Source: a virus. Taken from it: a DNA stretch of 64,000 nt. The translations under genes were made by a program, and so were the position numbers. The notes beneath the pieces were generated by a model. It did no database searches, was not told where the DNA came from, and worked only from the letters and a program-made list of their open reading frames with translations. Location of the stretch: IMG/VR virus record IMGVR_UViG_3300006750_000004, positions 1 to 64,000 of that record. The stretch is one strand, 5' to 3'. How positions within the stretch are numbered: position 1 is the first letter of the stretch; each line of letters opens with the position of its first letter. Positions 11,088 to 21,020 of this stretch are shown piece by piece.

Positions 11088-11546
11088 ATGGATAGTCGCC
11101 ATACACAGGTGGGCCGTATGGCAATCAAAGACCCTAGCCATCCTCTCTGGTCCATCACACGACTAGTCATCTATATGGGAGCGTTGACCTTCCTCCTTTG
11201 GCTCAACGCATCCAACTTCGACGTCACAGAACTGCGGACAATCGTCCTAATGTTCCTAGCTGGCGGAATTGCTGCGGGCATCGGACAAATTATCAATGTT
11301 GTCCGGAAGAAAGAGAAAGCCCCAACAGACCCAATCCACCCATTGTGGGGCATGATCCGCCTCGCCATCTTGGGCACCCTCTGTTTCATTCTCTGGTTGA
11401 ACGCCTCTCACTTCGACAAGACTGAAGATAAGACTATTATGTGGATGTTCGTAGTCGGTGCAGGATCTGAGGGTCTTGGACAGCTTCTCAGTAAGCTCCA
11501 AGTGACCGTTCTACCTAGCGGTCCGGAAGTGACAGATGACCCGTAG
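11088..11546 (+). CDS. 4-TM membrane protein made of a duplicated 2-TM unit
   Basis: DPxHPLW..RL...LWLNASxFDxTE..TI occurs twice. Confidence 0.7.
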   Translation: MDSRHTQVGRMAIKDPSHPLWSITRLVIYMGALTFLLWLNASNFDVTELRTIVLMFLAGGIAAGIGQIINVVRKKEKAPTDPIHPLWGMIRLAILGTLCFILWLNASHFDKTEDKTIMWMFVVGAGSEGLGQLLSKLQVTVLPSGPEVTDDP

Positions 11547-11554
11547 ATACGGGC

Positions 11555-12187
11555 ATGCTTTCCTCGTTTTCTCTTTACTTCCGTGGGTCCGTCAGATATG
11601 AAGGTCGGGCCTTGGGCCTCCTTGGGCCTGGAGACTTTCTTCTGCTAAGGAAGAACGACGGAAGCGTATCCATCCATGGCGGTACCGGAATAGGTGCCAG
11701 GAATTACATGGGTGCCGGTACCAAGATGCAGGGTGCTATCACCCCTGGTGAAGGCATACTCTCGTTCTTACGTAAGGGTGAGACCATCGAAGTGAAGATG
11801 GATGAAATCCACTTCATGGAGCAAATGTTGGACTGGTCAGAGGATGAAGTAAAACTCAGGAAGACAGAGAAGGAATTAGTCCAGAAAATCTTCTGGAACT
11901 GGCCGGACTACGTGGATGTCCAGTGTGAGATAATAGAAATGGAGTACCACACCGATGTGGGTCCATTCGATCTGATTGGGTTCGCCACCCACGATATCCA
12001 CATCATAGAAGTAAAGAGACGTAAAGCCTCTATCCCTGATGTCACTCAGCTTAAGAGGTACGTGGACTACATGCGGAAGCGGTCCACAGTCTATGGGTAC
12101 CTCGCTTCTCCAGAGATAGGCACTAAAGCTCTGGAGTATCTCGAAGAGCACGGGTTCCACTGGCTGTATGTGGACTTTGATATCTAG
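11555..12187 (+). CDS. nucS: Mismatch-specific endonuclease NucS/EndoMS
   Basis: YEGRA..L.PGDFLLLRK.DGSVSIH, NY, TEKEL, EY.T.VGPFDL, IEVKR, QL.RY, LASP. Confidence 0.88.
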   Translation: MLSSFSLYFRGSVRYEGRALGLLGPGDFLLLRKNDGSVSIHGGTGIGARNYMGAGTKMQGAITPGEGILSFLRKGETIEVKMDEIHFMEQMLDWSEDEVKLRKTEKELVQKIFWNWPDYVDVQCEIIEMEYHTDVGPFDLIGFATHDIHIIEVKRRKASIPDVTQLKRYVDYMRKRSTVYGYLASPEIGTKALEYLEEHGFHWLYVDFDI

Positions 12188-12227
12188 TCAAATTGGGAAA
12201 GACTGCATGTCTATCCCTGTTTCGTTC

Positions 12228-12497
12228 CTAGGCACCCGCCACATCGTCAACCGGATCGGTAGTATACCATTCATTTGGACTGATTCCGGGTAATCTAATG
12301 AATGATTGCTGCCCAGCTTTGGACCCTCGAGAGCGGCCTGACCCGAGGGATAGGTGCTTTTGCTCTGATCCGGCGATCAACCCCAGTGCTTCGGTGGGTG
12401 TAACTCGTGTCTTATCTGTCTCTTTGTTCGGTGGGACTTGTACGAAGTCGTTGATTACTTGAAAATCGCGGTGGATTTTAATATCTTGGAATGACAT
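12228..12497 (-). CDS. Hypothetical protein
   Basis: GAGG SD; directly downstream of the adhesin gene. Confidence 0.6.
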   Translation of the reverse strand: MSFQDIKIHRDFQVINDFVQVPPNKETDKTRVTPTEALGLIAGSEQKHLSLGSGRSRGSKAGQQSFIRLPGISPNEWYTTDPVDDVAGA

Positions 12498-12507
12498 AAT
12501 GACCTCT

Positions 12508-15500
12508 CTACGTGAAGCTGGCTTCTGGCCAGGTGAATCGTGCTGGGAGAATTTCTCTGTGCTGGCTGATATGGTTCAGGACTCTGGATCGTCCCTTAAG
12601 AGAATCTAAATTGTTCTCGATAAGGACGAAACTTAATTTGGTCTCAATTGTTCTTGACCAAGTTGTCTCTTCCAGGGTGCCAGTGTTGAAATTCCTTTCG
12701 TACGGTGTATATTCGCCGACATTAATTCCCTTGACTAAAGCAAGATCTCGCAGAGTTAGTCGTTTACCATTGACCATTCTGTTTGGATCGAATAGATCTC
12801 GTTCGATCTGTAGTCGACGTGATACATTAGCCTCGCTGGTGATCGTCTCATTGTCACAACAATCTACTTCAAGGACTGGTTCATCACTATCACCCGGACG
12901 ACATAGTAATGGCCCAGATTGGCAAGAGAGATCGCTGAGATCATCACACCCAGGTACTGGGTATGGGTACGGCCCAGGATCAATTGGTGGTAAGATCAAT
13001 GGATTGCAGAGTAATGTTTCCTGGAAATCCGCCACCAACAATGGGATGTCTCCAAAGATCCTCTGGAACACAATGATATAGGACGTATTGATTGGGTCTG
13101 GAGGAAGCCCTAATGGGTACTCGTCGACTACCGAAATCTGACCCGGTGTGTTGAAGAATACTAATTGTAAGAGTTGGGCTTCGAGACCTTCCGCTGTGGT
13201 GTTCCACGGGATAGCAGTAGTAGTATCAGTCACACCATCAAGAGTCAGTGATAATTTGAATGATCCACCAGTAGCTCTGATGATTTGCAATCTTTGGCGT
13301 TCGTTGGAACCAGATCCATTGGTTACCTCAAGGATTTCGATTGGGGCTCCGGTTAGTTGTGACCCACTTGGGTCTGTCTGCATTTGTGGGATATCAGTTC
13401 TGGTGAAGGAACCAGTCCAGAACACATTCCATTGATATTCATCTACGGGGGAGCCAGACACTTTCGTGACCGCTATATCCGTTGTAGCCAGCCATGATGC
13501 GGCAGCTACAATTGCTGCTTCTACTTGTGTGGCGGACGCGTTGAATGGGATGGCTCCTGTATCAGCAAAAGCATTCCCGCCCTCGAGATTACTTGGGTCT
13601 GCAACTATTGTTTGCCAGTTCTTACTACCATCAGTTCCAGCAAATGTGATTGTGTATGTGACATTGGAGGGCAGTGTGCCAGATGAAGTGACAGTGACTT
13701 CTGATAAGTTCACCAGTGCGTTCAACGCATTTTGCACGCTGGTGGCTGAGGCGTTGAATGGAATATCGGCGGTTCTTTCACCTTCGACGATGAGTGCAAA
13801 TGTTCCAGCAACAGGGGAGCCAGTGAGTGTTACTGTCTGAACTTCATTAACGGCCCCTGTCAATTGCTGAGCAGCAACGGAGATATCTCCAACTGTAACT
13901 GCTGATGCTAGCTCTAAGTAAGTTTTGATAGCAGCCGAACTGTCGGTGCCCGTGACCAAATTGCTAGGTGCGACTGTATCCAGAATATCGACAAATACAG
14001 CATCACTTGGAGTAGTTAGTCCAAATGGGGTACCGAAACCAGTAACGGGGCCATTCCATTGGAAGCAATGGCGTTGGATTTCTGGATCCGTACCGCCTTG
14101 TCTAATATTTTGTAGTGTGTGGGTGAAGGTATCTGGCACACCGGGGAAGAAGGTGTTGTTGTCGATATTGGTGCTGCCAAGAGTACCACTAAATGTGATG
14201 TCATAACAATCTGTGTCGCTAATTCCACCTTCTGTGGTTGTATCAACTTCGATTCCGGGTGCTGTCCCGCCAACGTCGAATACCCGTAGGACAAACGTGC
14301 CCCCAGATGCTTGGACCGTGATGAGTTGATTCTCATCAATGCCACCAGCTGGTGGGGCTCCGCCCATCCAATCTTGCGTGACGGTGTATAATGATGACGG
14401 GCTTACCGTTGCCAGTTCGACATTTTGACCGCCGAATGATCCGATGAATTTAATTCTTAGTGGCCCAGTATATGCGTCATCTCTGCCAGTGGTGTCACCT
14501 GTGACTGAGATATTACCAGCACCAATGCTAGTAAGACCTTCAAGAGCTGATTGAGCTTCATTTAAGGTCCTATTGAATGCGAGAGGTGTGGTGGTCTGCC
14601 CACCGAATGAGATTAACAAATCAGCAAGGACTGTGTCATTGTTTCTAGAAATTGTTTGTTGTTCGTTGATTGTACCATTAGTGACAGTGGTAACAAACGC
14701 AGTTGCAGACCCAGTGAAGTTGTCTCCATTGCCGACTAAGATATTGTGGTCTCTAGCACCAAGGGTACCAACGAACGTGATTAAGAATGGGTTGGCAGTC
14801 GTGCCTGACCCAGTCACCCCCACGTTAGCTTTATCACCAATATTGGCCAAGCTTGCTAATCGATTTCGGACTTGCTCGGCACTAGCATTCCATGGAATAT
14901 TGGTGGTTGTCTCGACTGTACCAAAATCGAAGGTTAATGTCCATGTGCCGCCGGATGGGGATGGCAGAACGACCGATTGGACTTCGTTGACTGCTGATCC
15001 TGGTGACAGGTCGGTGATTAAAATTTCTGCTAAGCATGAATCAGTAAAGACACCTCTATTATTCTCAAATGCGAATTCTGGGAAAGTGAGGATACCTTCT
15101 CCAACCGCAGTGAAGAACAGGGCTGTGGTACACTGATCAAGACCACGCCCATCAACATCATCTAGAACAAATTCGAAACTCTCCCATCGTGCCGATGATC
15201 CTTTGAGGCCGTTATCTAGTGCTGAAACAGTGTCCCATGGTAGTCCAAGAGTAAAGTCATCACTCTGTTGCCAAACATCATTTTTATCGATTCGTTGTGT
15301 AAATTCACGTTGTAGACTCTTACTGTTCTTATAGCGGATTGAGATTGTGAGTTCTGAAGCAGGGTCAGGTTCACACGTAAATGGTCCTGGATTTTCTGGC
15401 GATGAATCAGCACCACTAGGGAGGACATGATTAGCTAGAAGAAAAACTTCAACATTTTCAATCAATCCAGCAGGTGGATCTTGGAACGCAATTGATAAGA

Positions 15501-18500
15501 CGTCTTGGACTCCTGATGACGTCGAAGCAGATGGGATATCCCAAATCCAGTTAGTTCTAGTTGCTACGCTTGCGAAATCACCTTTAGCAATTGAGTCGGC
15601 AAGAGATGGTGTTAGTCCAAATCCAAGGACACCTGATTGTGGTGTGCCACCTTGTCCTTGTTGTTTCCACATATCACATGAGGAAACTCCTAATACACCC
15701 TCGTCTGTAGCAATGTGTGTAGAAGTGGAAACGCTGAATGGGTCATCTGGGTCTCGGATAGTGTACCGAACGATAGCATTAAACAGGTTGGTTGGTTTAC
15801 GTGGAATCCCATCCCATTCGACCAGGACTTCTAGATCAGTAATGCTACCATCACATGGTGGTGCGTCTTGAGCACACACCAAAATATCATCTAAGTTGGC
15901 GTCGAAGATCGCCAAGTTCTTGATCAAAATCGTGACTTTATCATCTTGTACGATCGATGAAAACGTCTTGATTCCAGGTGTGCCATCAGTAGTGAATTGG
16001 TCAATAATATCGCCAGAATGAAACTCGATTTTGAATGTTCCGATACCGTCTGGGCTATTGAGAACATTGAAGCTGAGTTGGGCTGTAATACCTGGTTCTA
16101 GTGCTGTAAAAGTCTGGCTAAGAGTATCGTCTCCATTGGTTGCTTCTAATGTTACCAACTGGTCGACTGCGTCATGTGTCCCACCAGCCCAGGCACCTCT
16201 ATTTTCTGAAAAATCGTCAAATGACAATTTTTCGAATCCTGGGTCACAATCCCCAGATGTGTCACATAATAGGATATTACGAATTTTGGCAACGCCGCTG
16301 GTTATACCGCTTTTAAAGGAGACTGTCACTTCACCATCGGCCGGTGCGACGAAGTCTAACTGTAGTCTTTCTGGTGGGCTAGTATCGGCTGCGGTGACTG
16401 ATGATGTGGCGATCACCGCTCCGGTGCTGCTATAGATCGTATAGATCAATTCAATTGTGGTAATCACAGCTGGTTCAAGCGATGTTAACTCGAAGTTTAG
16501 GCTATAATTATTACCAGGCTTTAAATCTATGAGTGTGGTTCTTACTTCTGGTTCACCAGTAAGACTGACGATGATAGCATTTAGAAGGCTGTCCCATACA
16601 TCCTCATCATCGGTGGGTGTGATTGGTATATCGGCTGCATCATCCCAAAATTGAACTCCGGTTTCGAAATTCGGGTTCGAAATTAAGTTGCGTGTACCAG
16701 GACCGCAATCATCTTCTTTCAGAATGCACAATAGAACGTTGTCGACATAGAATGGTGAATCCTCGCCAGTTTCAGCATCGAAGAATACCTCTATTTCGCC
16801 ATCGAGCCCAATGGTGGTGAACAGGTCAAATCGTTGTGAATTGTCTTGGCCTGGCGGTTGTAGTTCAGCTTCTGTGACTGTGCCTGACGCTAGTGTGGAC
16901 CCAGATCCGTTGCGGAGTTTGTAGTTGAGGATGCTTTCGACTGGCGGGATGTCGTCGCCAATACATAACGAAGTTGCGAAAATTCCGGCTGTTGCCATTT
17001 CTTCTGGGTCAGCAATTAATCGGACGCATGCCGAAATTTGCTCGCTGATCGGCACGGTAGCAATTACTGAGAAAGTACCGCTTCCATTTATCGTTTCTGC
17101 CAGGATTAATGGGCCATCTAATAGTTGGATAGCTACTTGTCCTAGGGAAACGGTGTCTACATTAACTAATAGTTGGACGTCATCACCTGGGGTCAGATCT
17201 GTGAATGTCTTGTATGCCGACATTGAATTGGCGGACATCCTGGCAATACCGGTGAAGTTGGCGGTGAAATCGGGGAACAATTGATTTCTATTGTCACCAT
17301 CTAGTTCGTAGGTAAAGACAGTATTTTTCCCACTGTCTGCTAAGCAAATACGGCCAGCTGCTGTGTCTACTATCAGATCGTCACCGGTAGCAGTGGTTCC
17401 AATAACTGAGTAATTACTACCGTCCAAATCCATTTGGATTAATTCACCAGTTGTTGAGGCGTAAAGTTTTCCACTGTTGTAGTCGATGCCTATTCCACGA
17501 ACATTGGCTATTGTTGGTTGTGTGGATTCGTCTACAATGATTACGATGTTGGAGCCATCTAGATTGGATCGATATACTGTGCCATCAGTAGATGAGTTGG
17601 ATCCAGTCCAATAAACATGATCATTCTCTATATCTAACGTAATTCGCACAACCCTCTTTGGGCTGTTTGCTATGACTGTACTACCAGATCCATCGAAGTT
17701 GATTCTGAGAATTTGTGGTGTGATGGAGGTACCGTAGTAAATGTGTTGGTTCACTACGTCTAATCGGATGCCTAGTGATTCGTCAATATCTGCAATCTTG
17801 GCTTTGTTAGATCCATCAATGTTGACTCTGTAAATTGCGTCTTCAGTTCCCGCGAATTGGCTGATCTCCATCCAATAGATGTGTTTGTTAATAACATCAA
17901 CGTCGATGTCTCTGGCATTACCGGATCCTGTCACTACATCAGCTAAATTGGATCCATCAAGATCCGATGTCTTGATCTTATCACCTGCAGTCATAAACAA
18001 TTTGTCGGTGAAACTACCAGATCCCCCAGTTTCATTAGAGCTAATTAATTTCAAAGTACTTGTGGATATCTCAACCCCACTACCGGCCCATCCTTGTAGA
18101 GAAGTATTTCCTTCGCTCCAATCATCTGCGTCCACTAGAGACCATCCAGATGGGCAGGAAGGGGCTGCTTGTGGGGCGATAGCGGCTGCAGCGGCGGCGG
18201 CTGCTGGGGTTGTGTCTACATGGACACTAAATCCTAAAATGGCTAAGTCACCGGGTGTGAGACCAGAAATTGTCTGGCCTGCTGCACCATTTGTCTGCAA
18301 AGCCTGAAACCCGCTATTCCATGATGTGCTGCGGCCACTAACAGTGCTAAGATCCGTCCAATTGGCGATGCTCGTTTCGAATTTGCCGTTGAGAATTTTG
18401 TCTTCGCCGCCAGGACATTCTGGCGTTTGTGATGATTCACACACGCTTAGGATGAAACTAGTCATCAGTGCGAGGATATTATTCCCGGCTTGTGCGTGTA

Positions 18501-19500
18501 CCCAAAACCCATTAGTTCTTGTGGTTAGATCGTTGAACCATTCTATTTGTTTAGAGCCAAGAAGATGACTGGTCCATATGATGGCCAATCTGACGCCGCA
18601 TCGGTTCATTTCGTCAGCGGCGGTTCTTGCTGCTTCTATGTCGATTGGTGCTTCATCTGTGATAATAAATAGGATTCTAGCGTCGCTATCTTCGCGGTAT
18701 GTCCATTCATTGAACCAGTTGTATGCAATTGATGTGAGAGCTTGGTCCCATGGTTCGTAACCGCCATCAAGATCCATTTGGGCTGCGGCGGCTTGAAATG
18801 CTACTAGGTTTTGGCATGGCTGATTTGTTAAGTCGAGCCTAGTAATTACCCCTCCCCTATTTTCAGCTTGTCCGAATGTTTGCAGTGCGAATCGGTAACT
18901 TCCATTGGATACGGTAGTAATTAGGTTCGCCATTGCGGCGATGCCTGTTTGGACCTTGGTGATAGATTGCCCCATACTCCCACTATTATCGATGGAGAAG
19001 ACCGCGTCGATGTTACAATCGCTTTTGGGGCAATTGGCTGGGTTGATTATTGGTGCATTATTACCCGAGATCATGGCACAATTATCTGCTTGTGGACTAG
19101 CAAATCCGCTTAGTGGTACAACTTCTGGATCATTAATGATCATTTTGTTGAAGTCGACACTAGCTTTGGCCATTCCTAACCCGACCACTTTTTCTTGGTA
19201 TGCTTGGGCTCCTTCGCTTGTGATGGCATATTTGGCGGCGGCGATTTGGGCATCTAGGGTTTGTTGGGTTATTGCTTGGAATACTCCTGGTTTTCGCATT
19301 TCTGGGAGTTCGACGGGTGATTTACCATATGCAAGTATCCTCAGGGCCGTTCCAACGTCTGGGTTGGGGCCACTGGTAGCTCGGGTAATTACTTCTCGAG
19401 CCCAGATGAGTTCAGCGAATGTTGGTTGCCCGATTTCTACGAATTCACCACAAATGGGTCGTTTGATGTCTTCGTACGGGTCTTGTAACGTACCTGTCAT
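12508..19500 (-). CDS. 2330-aa virion tail/adhesin protein: VWA domain, CBM-like jelly-roll domains, YWTD-like beta-propeller, tail-protein repeats
   Basis: MIDAS IDNSGSM and ITDE; NGKFE/NPNFE..W; IYWM/VYWT and DGSN repeats; repeated NExQ...GGTFxL...IPxNASA units. Confidence 0.8.
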   Translation of the reverse strand: MTGTLQDPYEDIKRPICGEFVEIGQPTFAELIWAREVITRATSGPNPDVGTALRILAYGKSPVELPEMRKPGVFQAITQQTLDAQIAAAKYAITSEGAQAYQEKVVGLGMAKASVDFNKMIINDPEVVPLSGFASPQADNCAMISGNNAPIINPANCPKSDCNIDAVFSIDNSGSMGQSITKVQTGIAAMANLITTVSNGSYRFALQTFGQAENRGGVITRLDLTNQPCQNLVAFQAAAAQMDLDGGYEPWDQALTSIAYNWFNEWTYREDSDARILFIITDEAPIDIEAARTAADEMNRCGVRLAIIWTSHLLGSKQIEWFNDLTTRTNGFWVHAQAGNNILALMTSFILSVCESSQTPECPGGEDKILNGKFETSIANWTDLSTVSGRSTSWNSGFQALQTNGAAGQTISGLTPGDLAILGFSVHVDTTPAAAAAAAAIAPQAAPSCPSGWSLVDADDWSEGNTSLQGWAGSGVEISTSTLKLISSNETGGSGSFTDKLFMTAGDKIKTSDLDGSNLADVVTGSGNARDIDVDVINKHIYWMEISQFAGTEDAIYRVNIDGSNKAKIADIDESLGIRLDVVNQHIYYGTSITPQILRINFDGSGSTVIANSPKRVVRITLDIENDHVYWTGSNSSTDGTVYRSNLDGSNIVIIVDESTQPTIANVRGIGIDYNSGKLYASTTGELIQMDLDGSNYSVIGTTATGDDLIVDTAAGRICLADSGKNTVFTYELDGDNRNQLFPDFTANFTGIARMSANSMSAYKTFTDLTPGDDVQLLVNVDTVSLGQVAIQLLDGPLILAETINGSGTFSVIATVPISEQISACVRLIADPEEMATAGIFATSLCIGDDIPPVESILNYKLRNGSGSTLASGTVTEAELQPPGQDNSQRFDLFTTIGLDGEIEVFFDAETGEDSPFYVDNVLLCILKEDDCGPGTRNLISNPNFETGVQFWDDAADIPITPTDDEDVWDSLLNAIIVSLTGEPEVRTTLIDLKPGNNYSLNFELTSLEPAVITTIELIYTIYSSTGAVIATSSVTAADTSPPERLQLDFVAPADGEVTVSFKSGITSGVAKIRNILLCDTSGDCDPGFEKLSFDDFSENRGAWAGGTHDAVDQLVTLEATNGDDTLSQTFTALEPGITAQLSFNVLNSPDGIGTFKIEFHSGDIIDQFTTDGTPGIKTFSSIVQDDKVTILIKNLAIFDANLDDILVCAQDAPPCDGSITDLEVLVEWDGIPRKPTNLFNAIVRYTIRDPDDPFSVSTSTHIATDEGVLGVSSCDMWKQQGQGGTPQSGVLGFGLTPSLADSIAKGDFASVATRTNWIWDIPSASTSSGVQDVLSIAFQDPPAGLIENVEVFLLANHVLPSGADSSPENPGPFTCEPDPASELTISIRYKNSKSLQREFTQRIDKNDVWQQSDDFTLGLPWDTVSALDNGLKGSSARWESFEFVLDDVDGRGLDQCTTALFFTAVGEGILTFPEFAFENNRGVFTDSCLAEILITDLSPGSAVNEVQSVVLPSPSGGTWTLTFDFGTVETTTNIPWNASAEQVRNRLASLANIGDKANVGVTGSGTTANPFLITFVGTLGARDHNILVGNGDNFTGSATAFVTTVTNGTINEQQTISRNNDTVLADLLISFGGQTTTPLAFNRTLNEAQSALEGLTSIGAGNISVTGDTTGRDDAYTGPLRIKFIGSFGGQNVELATVSPSSLYTVTQDWMGGAPPAGGIDENQLITVQASGGTFVLRVFDVGGTAPGIEVDTTTEGGISDTDCYDITFSGTLGSTNIDNNTFFPGVPDTFTHTLQNIRQGGTDPEIQRHCFQWNGPVTGFGTPFGLTTPSDAVFVDILDTVAPSNLVTGTDSSAAIKTYLELASAVTVGDISVAAQQLTGAVNEVQTVTLTGSPVAGTFALIVEGERTADIPFNASATSVQNALNALVNLSEVTVTSSGTLPSNVTYTITFAGTDGSKNWQTIVADPSNLEGGNAFADTGAIPFNASATQVEAAIVAAASWLATTDIAVTKVSGSPVDEYQWNVFWTGSFTRTDIPQMQTDPSGSQLTGAPIEILEVTNGSGSNERQRLQIIRATGGSFKLSLTLDGVTDTTTAIPWNTTAEGLEAQLLQLVFFNTPGQISVVDEYPLGLPPDPINTSYIIVFQRIFGDIPLLVADFQETLLCNPLILPPIDPGPYPYPVPGCDDLSDLSCQSGPLLCRPGDSDEPVLEVDCCDNETITSEANVSRRLQIERDLFDPNRMVNGKRLTLRDLALVKGINVGEYTPYERNFNTGTLEETTWSRTIETKLSFVLIENNLDSLKGRSRVLNHISQHREILPARFTWPEASFT

Positions 19501-19547
19501 GGTCTCGTCTACTCCAGAATCTACAGTAGATTTGTGTAGATCTGAGG

Positions 19548-20018
19548 CTATAGATCCGAGACCTTTGTGACATCATCATTGTTGTCCAGCTCTTCCATAA
19601 TCGCTGTTTTTCGCGATTCTCTGACCTGGGTCACGACTTCACTGACTTCGATGGCACCAGATTTCATTTGTTTGGTGTACTCTTCGGTCAGTGCGATTTG
19701 GTCGTGTGACGCCACGAGAAGTGGATCAATATTCCTCATTCTAGATACGGCGACATTTAATTGTATTCTGAAATAATCATCCTCTTCCTCCCAACGTTCT
19801 TTGAGGAGAGGCATACCTGTTTCTTTCAAGCATTCGATGAATACTTTATATTTCACCGTCTCTTCGACCATTTGCTCCCATTCTTCACGTTCGACCTGGG
19901 TATGCAGGGTCAACATGGATCCCTCTTCATAAAAGAGGATAGTACCTTCTAATATGAATAATGTGGGATGATTCTCTTGCTTACGTTTGGGTTTCTTCTT
20001 GGATTTCTTTTTACCCAT
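19548..20018 (-). CDS. Hypothetical protein with basic N-terminus
   Basis: 156-aa ORF coupled to the upstream gene. Confidence 0.6.
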   Translation of the reverse strand: MGKKKSKKKPKRKQENHPTLFILEGTILFYEEGSMLTLHTQVEREEWEQMVEETVKYKVFIECLKETGMPLLKERWEEEDDYFRIQLNVAVSRMRNIDPLLVASHDQIALTEEYTKQMKSGAIEVSEVVTQVRESRKTAIMEELDNNDDVTKVSDL

Positions 20019-20322
20019 GGATTTCTGGTAGCCTCCTAGCTTTGTCGTCGATCAAGTGATCGTAATATGGTTTGTCTAATCGGAGCTGGTAGTATTTACA
20101 ACCCCACTGTTTCAGTTGTCGTTCCGTCAGTGAACGCCAATTAATGCCTGTTTTGGCACCGCGTGACGTCCAATAAATAACCGTGTGGCCCTGGTCGAAG
20201 ATCTCGTTGATTTTGTCTATATTATCTTGGCATGGAACTGAATTTTTGTAATCTGGCATTCCATCCTTGGTTGGTGTAAAACAGATGGTCATATCGATGT
20301 CGACATAGTATTCTTGCATCAT
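20011..20322 (-). CDS. HAD-family (capsule-biosynthesis-type) phosphatase
   Basis: VDIDMTIC, YWTSRG, KPYYDHLIDDKA; start trimmed to MMQEYY after GGAGG. Confidence 0.8.
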   Translation of the reverse strand: MMQEYYVDIDMTICFTPTKDGMPDYKNSVPCQDNIDKINEIFDQGHTVIYWTSRGAKTGINWRSLTERQLKQWGCKYYQLRLDKPYYDHLIDDKARRLPEIHG

Positions 20323-20342
20323 CCCCTCCAGGACTAAGTACC

Positions 20343-21020
20343 ATGAATTGGCTATTACCAAAAGATGCGAGCCCAGCTGATGTAATTCAATTTGTCCAAG
20401 AACATGGTATTGCAGTCCTAGAAGGATATGTCTCAGATCAGGACTTATTGAATAAAGCAAAAGATGAAGCTTTGGCTGAATCACTTAAAGCTAAGAGTGG
20501 TTATAAATTTGGGAAGGCTATGCGATACGGGCCACACCACATTAATGGTCCTGTGGAAAAATTACTAGCAATTAGTAATATTCTGGCAGATCCTAATTGT
20601 TTAGAGATAGAGAAACTCTCTGGTAAGAAACGCCAGGAAGTATTCATTACTCATGAGTATATCCAGAGTCCCGAACCAGAACGTAATGGATTCTTACATT
20701 TTGATAGGAATAGTACATTCAAACTCATATTCTACTTGATGGATGTGAACGAACAGTGTGGCCCGTTTCGGGCTATAATGGGCACACACATTTTGGGACG
20801 GGAACTTCGTACTAAGGAATGGAAGAGGACGCGAATCAATTCGTCAATCAAGAATAGACTAGCTATTGATTATCCGGAATTAGGATATACTGAGAATGAC
20901 GGTAATCCTGTGATTGGCCCAGCAGGTACATTAATTGTGCTTGATACCGATACCCTGCATAAGGGAGGATTGGTGGAATCACAACATCAGCGACTAATTT
21001 TGAGGACTCACTGCAGATGA
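20343..21020 (+). CDS. PhyH-like 2OG-Fe(II) dioxygenase
   Basis: LHFD, FYLMDV...GPF...GTH, GPAGTLIVLDT..LHKG, terminal R. Confidence 0.82.
   Translation: MNWLLPKDASPADVIQFVQEHGIAVLEGYVSDQDLLNKAKDEALAESLKAKSGYKFGKAMRYGPHHINGPVEKLLAISNILADPNCLEIEKLSGKKRQEVFITHEYIQSPEPERNGFLHFDRNSTFKLIFYLMDVNEQCGPFRAIMGTHILGRELRTKEWKRTRINSSIKNRLAIDYPELGYTENDGNPVIGPAGTLIVLDTDTLHKGGLVESQHQRLILRTHCR

Noticed and set aside
12512-19570. Many + strand ORFs opposite the 2330-aa gene and similar shadow ORFs elsewhere (e.g. 40514..41335)
   Set aside because: Antisense shadows of codon-biased genes, with no recognisable motifs.
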